Assembly: GCA_030167865.1 (NCBI GenBank)
Contig: JALAGF010004837.1
Span: 310,001 to 367,353, forward strand
Source: Craspedostauros australis
Lineage: Eukaryota
DNA: 57,353 nt
Direction of reading: 5' to 3'
A program made the translations under genes and the position numbers. Shown piece after piece: positions 12,177 through 24,900 of the stretch; the stretch's first letter is position 1, and every line of letters starts with the position of its first letter. Under the pieces are notes generated by a model that was not told the DNA's origin, ran no database searches, and saw only the letters and a list, made by a program, of their open reading frames with translations.

Positions 12177-13508
12177 CTACTCATCCTTTCGCCTGTGCTG
12201 TTGAAACACCGGCGGCGATACCGCGACCGGGATGGGGAGCAGAGCAAGGAAGAGGTTGGGACCGACAAGATGATGCAAGGATCGCAACAAAGATGTCGGA
12301 GTAGTGCGCTGCGACGCGGAGTCCGCTATCGAATCCATCATGATCTTGTGTTCCAACGTCGTTACATCGTACGCCATGTACATCAAGTGGATGCTCAAGA
12401 AGCAACCGTGTACCGCAGCGATGAAGCAGACAAAGGGGAACACGACCTTGATCGCCACAACGGGGTCAATTGCCAGGCGGCTACTGACGGCGGCGTCTTG
12501 TTCCCATTTCGATGTCGATGACAACGAGGACGATGGTGAATGCGATGGACTGTGAGACCAGAACTCCAGGAATTGTTGCATCATGGGGATGCCCAGTGGT
12601 TCAACCATTCTGTTGTATTCAAAGACCACATTGAGAAATGGATTGATCAACAGCACCACAAGGTATGACGAAGCGACCGTGATGAAGAACAACGTGAGGA
12701 TGAATTCGCGGTAGTTGTTGAACCCGATGCAATTCGCCATCCACACGCAATGGTGGTCATATCGCAGGACGCAACGTCGGCAGATCCTGCAGTGGTGACA
12801 TCGCGGCGGTCTGGATGCTATGCCGCACTTCGCGCAGCTCGATTTATCTTCCACCCATCGTGGCAGCGCGATCGGTTGATTGGCCTTGTTGCTCGCAAAT
12901 GCGTTCCAACTTTCGCAGTAGAGTTCGACGCATTTCGTATCTTGCGACGCTCGTTTCCGAGACGAGAAGCAGCCCATCCAAGATGTTTGTCCGGATGTCA
13001 TTGACGAAGAGGGTGGCACTCCTGCTGATACTCCTGCTGGTGTTTGCGATGGCATGCAACCTGGCGTGCGAGATGCGGTGGAAATGTAGTTGAACAGGAT
13101 CATCATTCCTGTGTACAGAATCATCGCATCGTGGAAGTGTATCGAACTGCATGGCGTCGATGCGCAGCCATCCCTGTCACCTCCAACAGCATCACTCCCA
13201 ATCGCATCGTCACAGCTGCACCATCTCTCCTTTACCGTCCTCCGTAGACTGAAATAGTACGATGCGACCGTGGCGCAGACCAACGAAATCCCAAAGGCAG
13301 GCACCAATGGACGCCACCCTCCGCTGCTCAAAGCGTTGGATATCGAACGCCTGGCTCCTGAGGGAATGGCCCGGGCATAGAGCACGGATGATCCTGCAGA
13401 CGCCAACCTGATCACCCAGTGAAATGCATCGAAGTCGTCTGTTGAATGCAATGCCCGAATGAATTCATTCCAAGTCGCCTCCCATCGTTGTGACTCCGTT
13501 TCCTCCAT
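12177..13508 (-). CDS. DHHC-type protein S-acyltransferase (palmitoyltransferase)
   Basis: CAKCGIASRPPRCHHCRICRRCVLRYDHHCVWMANCIGFNNYREF cysteine-rich domain, TPG motif, TTLE motif, four hydrophobic segments. First in-frame ATG at 13508. Confidence 0.93.
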   Translation of the reverse strand: MEETESQRWEATWNEFIRALHSTDDFDAFHWVIRLASAGSSVLYARAIPSGARRSISNALSSGGWRPLVPAFGISLVCATVASYYFSLRRTVKERWCSCDDAIGSDAVGGDRDGCASTPCSSIHFHDAMILYTGMMILFNYISTASRTPGCMPSQTPAGVSAGVPPSSSMTSGQTSWMGCFSSRKRASQDTKCVELYCESWNAFASNKANQPIALPRWVEDKSSCAKCGIASRPPRCHHCRICRRCVLRYDHHCVWMANCIGFNNYREFILTLFFITVASSYLVVLLINPFLNVVFEYNRMVEPLGIPMMQQFLEFWSHSPSHSPSSSLSSTSKWEQDAAVSSRLAIDPVVAIKVVFPFVCFIAAVHGCFLSIHLMYMAYDVTTLEHKIMMDSIADSASQRTTPTSLLRSLHHLVGPNLFLALLPIPVAVSPPVFQQHRRKDE

Positions 13509-14185
13509 TGTTGTTGCACGAGTATAGCGGTGCACGGGCAGTCGTTCTGGTCTTCGACGGCAATGAGAACAACATTCACGATGCTGTCTGCTGTCTGCTG
13601 TCTCCTTGGATCTTTTTTGTTGTGTTGTCAAATGGAAGAGTGCACGTTTGGCTTCGACGACAACGAATTAAAATTACAATTTGTTTTATTTTTACCGTAG
13701 CCTTACTAAACTAATCATCCAAATCTTCGTCTGTTGACAAACGGCTTCCAAAGTAATATTACATTTATATACGTATATTACCGCAATGATCAATGCATGA
13801 TTGAATGTCCATACACGAGTCATTCGTGATTGAAACAGAACATCAAATACTTAGTCCATCCATGGCCAACGCTAGCCAACACGAAACACGCCAAAGCAAC
13901 ATCGTCAGCACCCAGAATTGCTTCCACGAACTGTGTTTTCGCGACGCGCTCGCAAACGCAGAACAAAGACGACAACCAACGCAAACACGAACAACAACAA
14001 CAACCACAACGCGCACAACATCGAACAGTCGCGTTGCGGTTTGGCTGGAGTTGTCGCGTCGCACAAATACCGACAACGAAAGAAGACGACCACGACCACA
14101 ACAACAAGCACGAGCACTTGAACAAGAACAGCAAATTGCAGCATCACGCAAACTCGTCCCGGAGGTCGTACACAGCCAATCCAAC

Positions 14186-14461
14186 ATGAGAGCCCTGCAG
14201 AAAGCCGCTGACGTTGTCCAGAAGGGCGCCGTGGTCGGCCTGATGTCGTTGTTCGGTTACCAAGTCTACCAAATCGGGCGCAACTTGAGCGAGAACAAGG
14301 TGGAGCACAAGTACCAGAACACCAAGATCATGGACAAGATCAACGAGAAGGTGGCGGAAGAGGATCGCAAGAAGGGAGGCATCGACACCATACCTGACAG
14401 ATACGACCCCGAAGACGATTCCTACAAGAAGAATCTGCCGAAGCTCAACTCTTCCAAATGA
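14186..14461 (+). CDS. Small (91 aa) single-pass membrane protein, possibly COX14-like
   Basis: CAACATG start after a CAA-rich leader; strong C/G-ending codon bias; one hydrophobic helix (GAVVGLMSLFGYQVY) followed by a charged tail. The upstream part of ORF 13805-14461 looks like 5' UTR. Confidence 0.7.
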   Translation: MRALQKAADVVQKGAVVGLMSLFGYQVYQIGRNLSENKVEHKYQNTKIMDKINEKVAEEDRKKGGIDTIPDRYDPEDDSYKKNLPKLNSSK

Positions 14462-15388
14462 GGCAACGGCTTCCGGGCCCCTGTCGAAGGTTGTCACGGA
14501 AGAGAGTGGTGCTCTCGATGTCCCCAGCGTTCACGAGCATGTCAGCAACAAGTGGCGGCAGTGAGAGCGACAACTATGATCACCATCACCCTCCTCACCA
14601 CCAGCTCATCAATCTTCGACAATGGCGGATTGCGATCCCCCGATTGGTTGGAAACGCAGCACCATCGCGTTGATGCGGTGAATCATAAGCAAGCAGGAGA
14701 TCATCGATCACAGACTGCCATACTCCGCTCCAGCATTTTCTGTCGCACTCATTTTGCGGCAACCTCGTGCGTTGGGCATTGATGAGTTCTCCGTGATGAT
14801 GATGGGGCAAAGCGAACCATTCCAAGAACCATGGGCGGAGCCAGAGATGTTGTCGTGTTCTCGACATGGAATGGATGGAGAACGATGGCCACACAAGCCA
14901 TCAGGGCGAAACAGACACATAGAAGATCGCGCCGGACCGCAACATCAACACTTCACCAGCTGATGCACATCCACATGCAAATCGCATTGGAATAATAGCA
15001 GAGTCGAAGTCTACTCCATTCTATCGCGCTCTTCATGAAACATTCAAACTGATTATTCGTTTTCTATCGGCGCATTGTGACATCCAGAATGTCCGACCTA
15101 CTCGTACAGAGAGAAGAAAGGTACCATCATCGATCCCAATTTCCCGGTTATTTTTTGATTGATTTGAGTTAAAATCATGTTTGATGTTGGTGGCAGAGCT
15201 GCGCTTTGTTGTTCCCACAGGTGCTGGCTGCGCCTGCGGCTGCAGAGCTGCTGCTGATGTGCTGGCCTGAGCTTCACCATTATCTTGCCTTCTTTCGAAT
15301 TGACGGACTGAACTCCAAGGCGCCTTGTCGCACGAGAGTACGTGTCAGCATCATCTGAACGTAGAATAGAACATGCAGCAGATGGGAC

Positions 15389-17996
15389 TTATGCGCTGGA
15401 TTTGTACCCGAAGAGGTTGGCAACGATGACGGTCGTGTCATCGATCACCTGCTCCTCCTTCATCCATCTTGTGCCTGCCTCTGTGACGAGAATGTCCACC
15501 GCTTGCGCTGGTCCGACCTCGCCCTCCACGACCTCAAGCGCTTCTGGGTTCATGACAAACTCCCAGAGACCGTCTGTGGCGATTACCAGACACTTGTCCT
15601 TGTTGGGATCGAGTTGGAAGACGGTGAACTCCGGCTCTGAAATAACACCAGCGGAATGGGCGACGACGTCTCCCAAGGATCTGAGTGTCAATTTGAAATG
15701 GAGGATGGTAGAAGAAAAGAACGAAGGGGCAATGAAGGAATGGACGTCCACGTAAGGTAAAATAGGGAATAGAGGAGAACAGGTGCAGGTTTCGGGTGTA
15801 CAGCGTGAGATTAAATATCATCTCGCACATTGTCGCTGGTGTTGTCGAAGCTGTGCCGTCTTGTATTCAGGACAGCGAGATGCCAAGGCAATCAAGGTGC
15901 AACATCCAGACCTCGCATTGGAGTATCACATCTCGCATCCCGTCCAGTCACAAAAAGCCTGTCACTGGTGCGGATGCTTGACTTTACCCAATGTCAGTAA
16001 TGAATTGGAGTGCATGGTGTCGCAAATACAAAGAGAAAGAAAGACGGTCATGTGCACGAAGAAACGCTGAACATGCGTCGATACTCACCGTGCCATGGCC
16101 AATCCTGGGACATCCATGTGTCCGAGCCACACACGAGGTGGACCATCAACTCCGTCATCGTATTGAACTGCAAAGACACGGCCTCCACTGGCGATGATGC
16201 GTTCCTTCTCTTTTGGAGAGTCTGGCTTGTGATCGAACGTGATCTCCACCGGGACCAGGTGGCCGTCCTCTTCTTTCCCCAGCACGACACGCGAGTCGCC
16301 AATGTTCACGCCAGTGAGAGTGTTGCCCCGAATGATGGCCATCGACAGTGTAGTTCCGCTGAATTCTGTGTCGATTCGGAAATTGCGAAGCAAGTCTCTC
16401 TCCACCTTGGCGATTGCATCAGCGACGGCCGTCTGCAGATTCGTGGCCCAGGCCTGGTGGTTGAGCATCTCGGTGACGAGCTGATCACGGAACCACGCAG
16501 AGACGTAGTCACCGTGCTCTCCGTGACCATCCAGAACGCACAGGATCAGACTGTTGGTGTGTGGGTCGTCTGCCATGATCAGTGCGTCCTGATTCTTTTT
16601 CCTTGGGTTGTACGGTGCGTACCCCTTCTTGGACACTCCGGAATATTCGGTGACTGCGCAACGCACTGGGGCTGCTTGCTGCTGTGCGGTATGCCAGCAG
16701 GCGGAGTACATGTTGGGAGGGTAGAGCATTGGTAGCGGGAGTGGTTGTCCACATGGATCGGGTACATCAATGTCGATAAGGATGGGTGGTCCAGGGTATA
16801 TGATGATCATGGCGGAGTTGCGGAACCGTACCAAATTTTCAGATTCAATCCAGGTGCAGTTGAGAGATATCAAATGAAGGGGACGAGGAAAGGTGAGGAG
16901 GGAGTGATTGGCGACAACAGTATATTAGTACGAACATGTGCATGTGCGGTGGCTGGTAACAGGCAAAGGCAAGCAACTTCCAAGTGGGCCCCGAGGAGGT
17001 GTCGGAATGATCAACTGCAAGACGTATGGGACTACCCCTCTCATGATCCCATCTCGGTCTTTTGTCGCATACACAGCGAGTAAGGCCAACCGCGGGCCCG
17101 CAGTCTTCCTCTTCGTCATTGCATTCGCAGACGACAACAACGGACTGTCATATGCATCCACCATGTGCTCACCTTCTTCTTCTTCGGCTTCTTCATTTCG
17201 GAGGAGTCGGTGGCTGTGGGCTTGGAAACACCATCGATGTACTCGCTCGTTCCTGTCACGGTCAAACGGCGGCGCATTTTCTGGAAGCTCTTGCTGAGAA
17301 CCCCGCCGCCCTGCGATGATAATGATGATGAAGATATCGAGGAGAAGGAAGGCAAGGCATTGGGGGAAGCGGCGTCATGGCCAACGGGTGGGGCCAACGG
17401 GTGGAGCCAATGCGGTGGGAGTTGGGAAAGGGGTCAAGTAAGTACGGTGAGAATGAAGTGTAGAGTATGGTACAGAGATCAAGGCAGACCTTTAGAGAGA
17501 GAGAGATAACCGGTGGAGTTGGATGCCACCCCACCAAGTCATCACGCGCGTGATGCCTGCTGCATTGGGCGAAGGAACAGTGCGCGAGACAACACACGGC
17601 AATCTGCAACTGATCTTATCTTTGGCCAATGGTTTTGGGTATCCGTTGGTTGGGATCAATGCTGGCACAATGTTCCGCTTTGAAGCGGAAGTGGAGATGG
17701 ATGCTCTCCTGTCAATGACTCCTCACAGCGCAGCATGTTTCCTGCTCATGGGTGGAGAGGGAGAGAGAAAGGCATTGCAGAGAAGCGCCCGTCGCGATTC
17801 TGTTTCGGGACGCCTCTTATCACCATGGAGTGACCGCGAAAAGATCTCCCCTCTCGTGTGAGCAACACGACAAGGCCTTCATGCAGAACGCGCAGCGCCT
17901 CAGCGCGTATCTTACCATTCCTTTTGAGTGCGGTGGCTCCCCTCCATTCTTCTTCCCCTTCCCGTCCTTGCCGTCATCTGCCCCCGATGAACTCAT
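15389..17996 (-). CDS. Protein phosphatase 2C (PPM family), 367 aa, 4 exons
   Basis: Exons 17996-17916, 17310-17173, 16681-16089, 15680-15389 (1104 nt, in frame, GT-AG introns). Motifs KKNQDA, CVLDGHG, SGTT, NIGDSR, DHKP..EKERI, GLAMARSLGD, IATDGLWEF, DDTTVIV. The first two exons are inferred from splice signals and phase. Confidence 0.92.
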
Positions 17997-19327
17997 CTTG
18001 CTTCAGACTGTTTTGTAGATCTGGGTGCTGTCGCCGTGTCTGGTGGTGGTATGGTCGTACGGTCGGTGTCTCTGTCGTCGTCCTCAACGTGTCTCGGCTG
18101 TGGGTAACAATGTGGCACAATGTCCAATGTCCAATGTCCAATGGCTTGTGTCTGTTGCTGCTGTCGAACGTTGAGGTGTGGGGTGAAGGAGTGCGGAGTG
18201 GGGAGAGCGGATTGTGGGTGCTGTTGTGTACAAGAAGATAGGGTAAGTTCGCCGAACAAGCAGGAGATTGGAGAAGGTCTGATACGAGGTGCGGTATGCG
18301 GTGTGCTGCGAGGGTGCTTCGACTGTTACCGCCGTTCTGCTTCTTGTTCCTCGTCCTTACTGTATCTGTTGGCAGCGTCTTTTCTGCTGTTCGGCGTGTT
18401 GCGACCTTCTTCTCCATCTCGAGTCTTTTCTTGGCACCAGTCAGCAGCAGATCCAGGACACAAGAGAGGCGTGATGTCTTCTGCGTCGGGCTTTTGGCCC
18501 AGAAAGACTCCAAAGTCATTTTCCCGTCACTCCAAAGTCGTCCATGGTCGACCAAGTCGAAGATCCTATTGGCGAAACTGCCTGTCACATGACAGACTTT
18601 TCTGATCGATCGAGTCGATAGGTAGTCGTCTTGTTCGAGACATCAGAGCGACACATTCCCTGTTCGTTTGGCGATGCGGAGGGAAAATCCATGATTCAAA
18701 CTCCACGTGAAATCAAACCGTGTTATACTTAACGTCAATTGGTATCAAAATCGTCGAGATCACATTTTGAATTTGTGGCTTCGTTTTCAAATCAAATCAT
18801 GATCACAACTTGTTGTGCTCTTTCCGTCGTCCAGTTGGGAACGCAAGAGCAGAAAGGAAAGGAAAGCAAGGGAAGAAACGCAGTGGCTTCGGTGTGCCTG
18901 ACATCTGATGATAGTGACCGAAAGGAACGAGGGATAGCTTCTGCGGGATCATCGTTCCCACCCAGTCACCTCCACACTGAATGTGCGCTCGGCGGAGGGC
19001 ATTGCATCAAGCAAGACACTCAAAAAGGTCACACATCACGTTGCGAGAAGGTGGCTTCTGTTGCTTCGCTCGTGTCGTTCTCACCACTCTTCTTCCTTGG
19101 TTCATCGTTCATCGTTGCTTGTTACATTGTGTTCCTTGTTCGTAAAGAGCAGGTGTCAACATAGGCACGGGTAGTCAGCACATTCGCAACATACTCGGGG
19201 CACACTCGCACCTACCACACCTATTTACTCCACTCTGCTCCAGAGTACGACATTTCCATTTGTAGGTACACATACAACGACAAATTACAAGAAACACGAG
19301 GCACGCGACAATACAAGACTAGACAAG

Positions 19328-21487
19328 ATGCAGCACGTGGCTCAGACAGGATGCCACGCCGTCTCCAGAGACGCAACAGCCATAACCAAAATCACAGCCA
19401 CAGTCAAACCATCGACAGCCAACATCTCTCACACCCCACACAGACCAAAGGTCATCTCGGCGCAGCCTCCACGGCCACGGATTTCTCGTCGCATCCCACC
19501 TTCCGTACCTTCCTCGTTCTTCCAAATGACCCCGTGGCAACACGACGATGACACCCAAACCTTCGTTGATGGTGAGAAACTTCGACGGAACTTCCTCCCT
19601 CCATCACCATTCAGGCCCCGTGCGCAGACGCAGCCTTCCACCCAACTCGCAACGCCTCGCAAATCGGTAGCATCGGCCTCGACCATTTCAGGCAAACCGC
19701 CCATGATGACCACCAAGCCCTCCAACCCTTTCAAGCTCAAGCTCCGCAACAACTTTCCAGCCATCGACTCAGTTTGGGAGCGCAATTCTCGTTCGCATGG
19801 CAAGGAGAATGGTTCGCAGGCCTCCACACCCACCCATGCGTCATTGGATCTGTCCATCGGCGCCAGAGCCGCTCTCTACGAGCACATGCGACATGTGGAG
19901 CGGTACGGCATCGACGGCGAACGCCGCTGCTCTCCCAAATCCGAACGAAGCAACGGGGAGATTCGGCATCCGCTGGACATGCAATGGGACCATCTGCTCG
20001 ACGCCAAGGGCGGTGCTCCCAGCGACGTCCCCAGCTTTTGCGGCCAGCTGTCAACGTCCATCACGCAAAGCTCTCCGGCCCGTTTCGGCAGGGATCCGAA
20101 CACGTCCTCGATGACTGCCGACTCCGAAGACTTCTTCAACACCAGCCGCGTCCTTCAGTTGCAGACGCCCGAACGTCACAGGCATCATCGCATCGAGATG
20201 ATCGCCATGCGGTCAGATGGCGACGAGGTTGAAGAAGAGGAGGACGACGACGATACCGACGACTGCTGCGACCATGACGAAACCGATGACAGCGGAGACA
20301 TGGAAGATCCATGCGCGCTTTTCGAGGTTGGCAGCGGCATAAGTGCGGCGAGCACAGATCTTGTTATTCGTGATGTCGGTGCAGACTTCAATCCGCCAGG
20401 AACCCCGTCCTCGACTCTGTCCTTCGATTTGCCGATGCAAGCCTCTACACCCAATAGAGGAGCGGCAGCCGCGGGGTGGTTCGAACGCGTTCCGTCAATC
20501 GATGGAAGCGACCTGTCTCAGATTGATGCTCAGTCAGACATGTCCGGGTTGCAATTCACACCAAAGAGATTGACGACAGCATCGGGCCGTTGCGAAAGCG
20601 CTGAACATGTGCTCGGCAGTAGCGCCGGTCAGTTCACTGCCAGAAAGGCAGCAGCAAACAGCGGGGGCAACAAATTCGGCGGACTTGCGTCGGCCACAAA
20701 GTTCAGCCTTTCCACAGATGTGACATCGGACATGACGACATCGAAGATAAGCAGCACGTCGTCGTTCATGTCCACACCGCGCCGATCGCCCGTGGCCCGC
20801 AATCCCGAAACGGCCAAGACGAAGGCCCAAAGGCTGCTCGCAACTCCCAGGAAGTCATCGGCGGGACGCCCGTTCCGCGAACGTCGAACTGTTTCCGCGA
20901 AGAGCCATGCGATGACGACAATCGCATCACCGGACATGTCGCCGATCACCAGAAGATCCGGCGCCTTCGACAGCACGCAGACCCCGCTGCACAGCTCCCG
21001 CCGAACAAGCTACAGGATGCACACCAACATACCACGCAGCGGCGGAGGCGTGGAGACGTCCGCAGGATCCAAGGTGTCGATCTTCGATGCTTTCGCGATC
21101 GACTTCCTTCGCGCAATCGAAAGCTCCGAGATCGCCAGCCCGAAGTACTTGGGTTGCCTACGCGGTGCCACCCCCACCTCGGGTAACCCGATCAAGCAGG
21201 CACCCTCCGATTCGTGCGACTCCATCACCATCGCGTCGCCCCATCGCAAACGCCAGAAGGGAGAGGCCGTGGTCCGAGACATGCCGACGAACTTTGGTTG
21301 CAGCGATCGCCGGCGATTCCGAACCGTCGTTCCACCGCGCGTGTTCCTCGACGCTCCCACCGACAACGTGCCCCTCAAGGAGAACGAGTTCACCGCAGCT
21401 ACCAATAATGGAGAGAAGACGCACGACAACCACCATCCCAAATCTCTCTTCGATTCGTTCGAGGCCGTGGCGGCATCTGAGGATTAG
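19328..21487 (+). CDS. Hypothetical Ser/Thr/Pro-rich, largely disordered protein (719 aa)
   Basis: 2.16-kb uninterrupted ORF from ATG with coding-like composition; no recognisable folded domain; many S/T-P-x-K/R sites and two KEN motifs. Exact start uncertain. Confidence 0.75.
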   Translation: MQHVAQTGCHAVSRDATAITKITATVKPSTANISHTPHRPKVISAQPPRPRISRRIPPSVPSSFFQMTPWQHDDDTQTFVDGEKLRRNFLPPSPFRPRAQTQPSTQLATPRKSVASASTISGKPPMMTTKPSNPFKLKLRNNFPAIDSVWERNSRSHGKENGSQASTPTHASLDLSIGARAALYEHMRHVERYGIDGERRCSPKSERSNGEIRHPLDMQWDHLLDAKGGAPSDVPSFCGQLSTSITQSSPARFGRDPNTSSMTADSEDFFNTSRVLQLQTPERHRHHRIEMIAMRSDGDEVEEEEDDDDTDDCCDHDETDDSGDMEDPCALFEVGSGISAASTDLVIRDVGADFNPPGTPSSTLSFDLPMQASTPNRGAAAAGWFERVPSIDGSDLSQIDAQSDMSGLQFTPKRLTTASGRCESAEHVLGSSAGQFTARKAAANSGGNKFGGLASATKFSLSTDVTSDMTTSKISSTSSFMSTPRRSPVARNPETAKTKAQRLLATPRKSSAGRPFRERRTVSAKSHAMTTIASPDMSPITRRSGAFDSTQTPLHSSRRTSYRMHTNIPRSGGGVETSAGSKVSIFDAFAIDFLRAIESSEIASPKYLGCLRGATPTSGNPIKQAPSDSCDSITIASPHRKRQKGEAVVRDMPTNFGCSDRRRFRTVVPPRVFLDAPTDNVPLKENEFTAATNNGEKTHDNHHPKSLFDSFEAVAASED

Positions 21488-21980
21488 GGGGAGCTAGAGT
21501 AGAGTAACCAACACAAAATCTGAAGATAGCAGTGCTATGGAATGCTCTTCATTGTGTGTGTAGTAGAGCCAGGGGTTCTTCCTCGCAGATTAGGCTTCAC
21601 AGTCTTCCCTGCAGGAAGTCCGCAGCTTTCCGATGGGATGAAATTGTCGGAATGAAGTCTGTCCTCCGTCCGAAATCACACATTCCATTCTTGGTGTTTG
21701 TTGTTGTTGTTGTTGTGTGTGTGGAGCGCGTTTGTTGTTGGCGCTGTTGCTCGAACACACGGTCGTTGGTGGTGTTCGTGGCGACTGTTTGGCCAACGCG
21801 CCAAACCACGGAACAGGGAGTTCTTGGTCTCTCGGATTGCGAATCACCCCAGAACAACACCATCGTTTGCTTGTTACGAGCCGCGAGTGTTGATCGTCTC
21901 TGTCCTTCTCTTGGCAACCGAAGCTGCCTCCGTCGAACACTGACGAATACGCCACGAGCGCGAGTGTTGCATCCACCACA

Positions 21981-24900
21981 ATGTCTGGCAACCCAAACAC
22001 AACGCCAATCGGCGGCAGCGGCGGCAGCGGCAAGAAGAAGCAGAGCCGCAAGAGCGCATCGTCATTGGCCTCGTCGTCCGCATCCGCAACCTGGAATGCG
22101 GCGCTGGAGCGCAATGGAGCGCTGGGCATGAACCCCCAGCCCATCCTGGCGGGGTACGGTGCGCGAGGAGAGCGGATACGCCACAACGTGAACCTCGGGG
22201 CGCTGCAGATGCCGCGCGCATCGCTGCAGCTGCTGTTTCATTCCAAGAAGCACGCAGGCATCGTGGAGCCGCGCAAGTACACGCTGCCTGGACTGGATTC
22301 GGTGGATCGTCCATCGCAGGATGAGATGCTGGATCAGCTCATCGTCACCGAGCTCGTGTCGAAGCGGGTGGCGGTGGAAGCCGATCGCAAGGATCTCCAC
22401 CGCATGGATGTGGAGGGCAAGCAGGCCATGGCAGGAGAAGGTGGCGGCGGTGATGGCAAGCACCAGACGGGTGGTGAAGTTGGAACCACAGCTGCAGCTG
22501 GGGCCGGAGAGAAGCCAGCACCGATCAGGTACGAACACGTCACGATGGTTGACAACAGGACTCTCAGGAGACCAGCCGCAGCGGCTGCGCAGGTTGCAAA
22601 ACACGCAAAAGATGCATCCCGTATTCGCGGGGGTGGTCTAGATGACTCGGATGTCAAGCAACAAGGGGAAGAGTCTACATCTATGGAAGCCGAAGTACAG
22701 AATGCATCTGATGTACCAAATGCACCTGCGCCTGCACCCACATCTGCACCTGAAACTGCAGCTCCAACTTCAACTTCGGATGATCAACATCCAACGGAGC
22801 CCCAGGCAGGAGATGGGGAGAAGAAGATGGAAGCTACAAGTGCATCAGCGCACTCACCACCTGGACCATCATGGGAGCTTGCCACGGAAGCTGCATCTGC
22901 ATCCGCTCCTACTGAACAGACCGAGGCGCCCCCATCATCAACAACAACGGCAGCGGAAGTGGAAGTGGAAGCAACGGCACCTGAGCCTCAGAAGGAGGAT
23001 CTAGATGCGCCAACTACGACACCGCCATCATCAACACTTGCATCAGCACCTGCATCAGCAACAGTACCGCCTGCAGAACCGGCAGCAGAATCTGCAACAG
23101 CAGCAACACCACCCGAACCAGCTCCTGCATCAGAAGAGACGAACGGCGGAGCGGATACACAAGACATGGATGTGAGCGAAGATCAAGCAACAACTCAGCA
23201 AGCCGACCGCAACCAAATTCAGCAAGACGAAGAGACGCCAATGGAGGTTGATGATGTCGCAACGCCAGCGACAACTCTTGCTGAAGAGAAGACGCCACAA
23301 CCAGGGGAGGTTGCCGATGCACCGCAGGACGCACAGGAGCAGAAGCAACCACCATTACAGTCCGATACACTATCCGCAACGCAACAAGTGGAAGAGGGCC
23401 AACATCAACCAACGCAGCAGCCTGCCAACTTGGATAGCCGTACGCAGATGGAGACGACAACGGGAACTTCACAAACAGAACAAATGGGTGATGCCACTCC
23501 GACTCCTGCCTCTGCCCCATCAGCTCCCTCATCGGCACCATCATCGGCACCATCATCAGCACCTGAGAATACCACAGCTCCAGCAGGAGAAACAGCAACG
23601 GCAGCAGATGAATCCACCGAAGCAGCAGAACCGGCAACCGCGCCACAATCATCGCCACCTTCTGAACTTTCGATTACTGCAACTATACCTGCTGCTGCTC
23701 CTACCACTTCTGCGCTAGAGACTACACCAGAGACTTCTGCGCCACCAACCCCAGCAACAAAACAGCAAGAAACAGCAAAGGAACCAATGGCGGAAACAAC
23801 GGCGAGTGCAACATCGATGTCAACATCAATGTCAACGTCAGCACCAGCACCAGCAGAACCAGCTCTCATGGATGTGTCGCCTGCCCAACCTGATGCAGCA
23901 GCCCCGCCAGCAACGGCGCCAACACCAACGCCGACATCAACACAGGAAGTCGCTGCACCAGCGACGTCAACTGCACAAGGATCGATACCAGCCACAGATC
24001 AGGTGAACTCTCAAGAGCATCCGCACCCAGAGCTATCTCAGCCTGAGTTGAAGGCGCCAGTCACAACCACGGTTCAACCACAACAAGTTCCTGTCCAGCC
24101 AAACAGCACCACCAATGTCGACGCCACTCCTGCTCAACCAACGAGCATTGCGCCAACTTCAGCGACTCCAATTACCAATACCCAACCAATGTTGGAACAG
24201 GTTGGTACGAATGCAGCCGCGATCACAACTACGGCCGCGACCGTAACCACGACCACAGTCACAACCACTCCTGTCGCCACTAGCATTGGTGTTTCTGCGG
24301 TGCAGCAAACTGGAACAGAACCGGCTGTATCCGCAACGAACTCAGCGCCGGCTCAGACAGCATCGTTGACAACAGCGGAAAACACAGCACCAACATCAAC
24401 GCCCTCACAAGCACCGGCACAAACACAAACATCTCATTTATCGTCGAATGCGCCATCACCGGCTCCTCCACAGAGGATGGCTACAAATCAAACTGAAACA
24501 ACTGTTTCAACGACTGCAATAGCATCCGCGACAACAGCCACAACTGCAGCAGCAACTGCACAAACGGATGCAGACACTAACAGCCAAGGAGAAACAGCTG
24601 CGGTGCCAACGCCAGCGCCAACAACAGCCGCAGCTGCAGCCGCATCAGCTTCCATGGACGTTGACCCACTACCACAGGGAACAGCTCCTACGGTCGGTGC
24701 AATACCAGCAACTGCACCAACCACGGCACCAGAAGCATCAACAGTTCCCACGACACTCGCAACAACGCCGGCCCCTATGGAAGCAGAGTCATCGCCATCG
24801 GCATTGCAACAGACACCACCTGCTGCAACAACCGCGACGCAAGAAACTGCACCAGTCGCAAGGCCATTTTCTGGGAAGGTTCTACCACCGCGGCCTTCGG

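Noticed and set aside
18725-18780. ATACTTA.. and AATTTGTGG resembling U1 snRNA 5' end and Sm site
   Set aside because: Lacks ATACTTACCTG, and the spacing (~45 nt) is far too short for U1.
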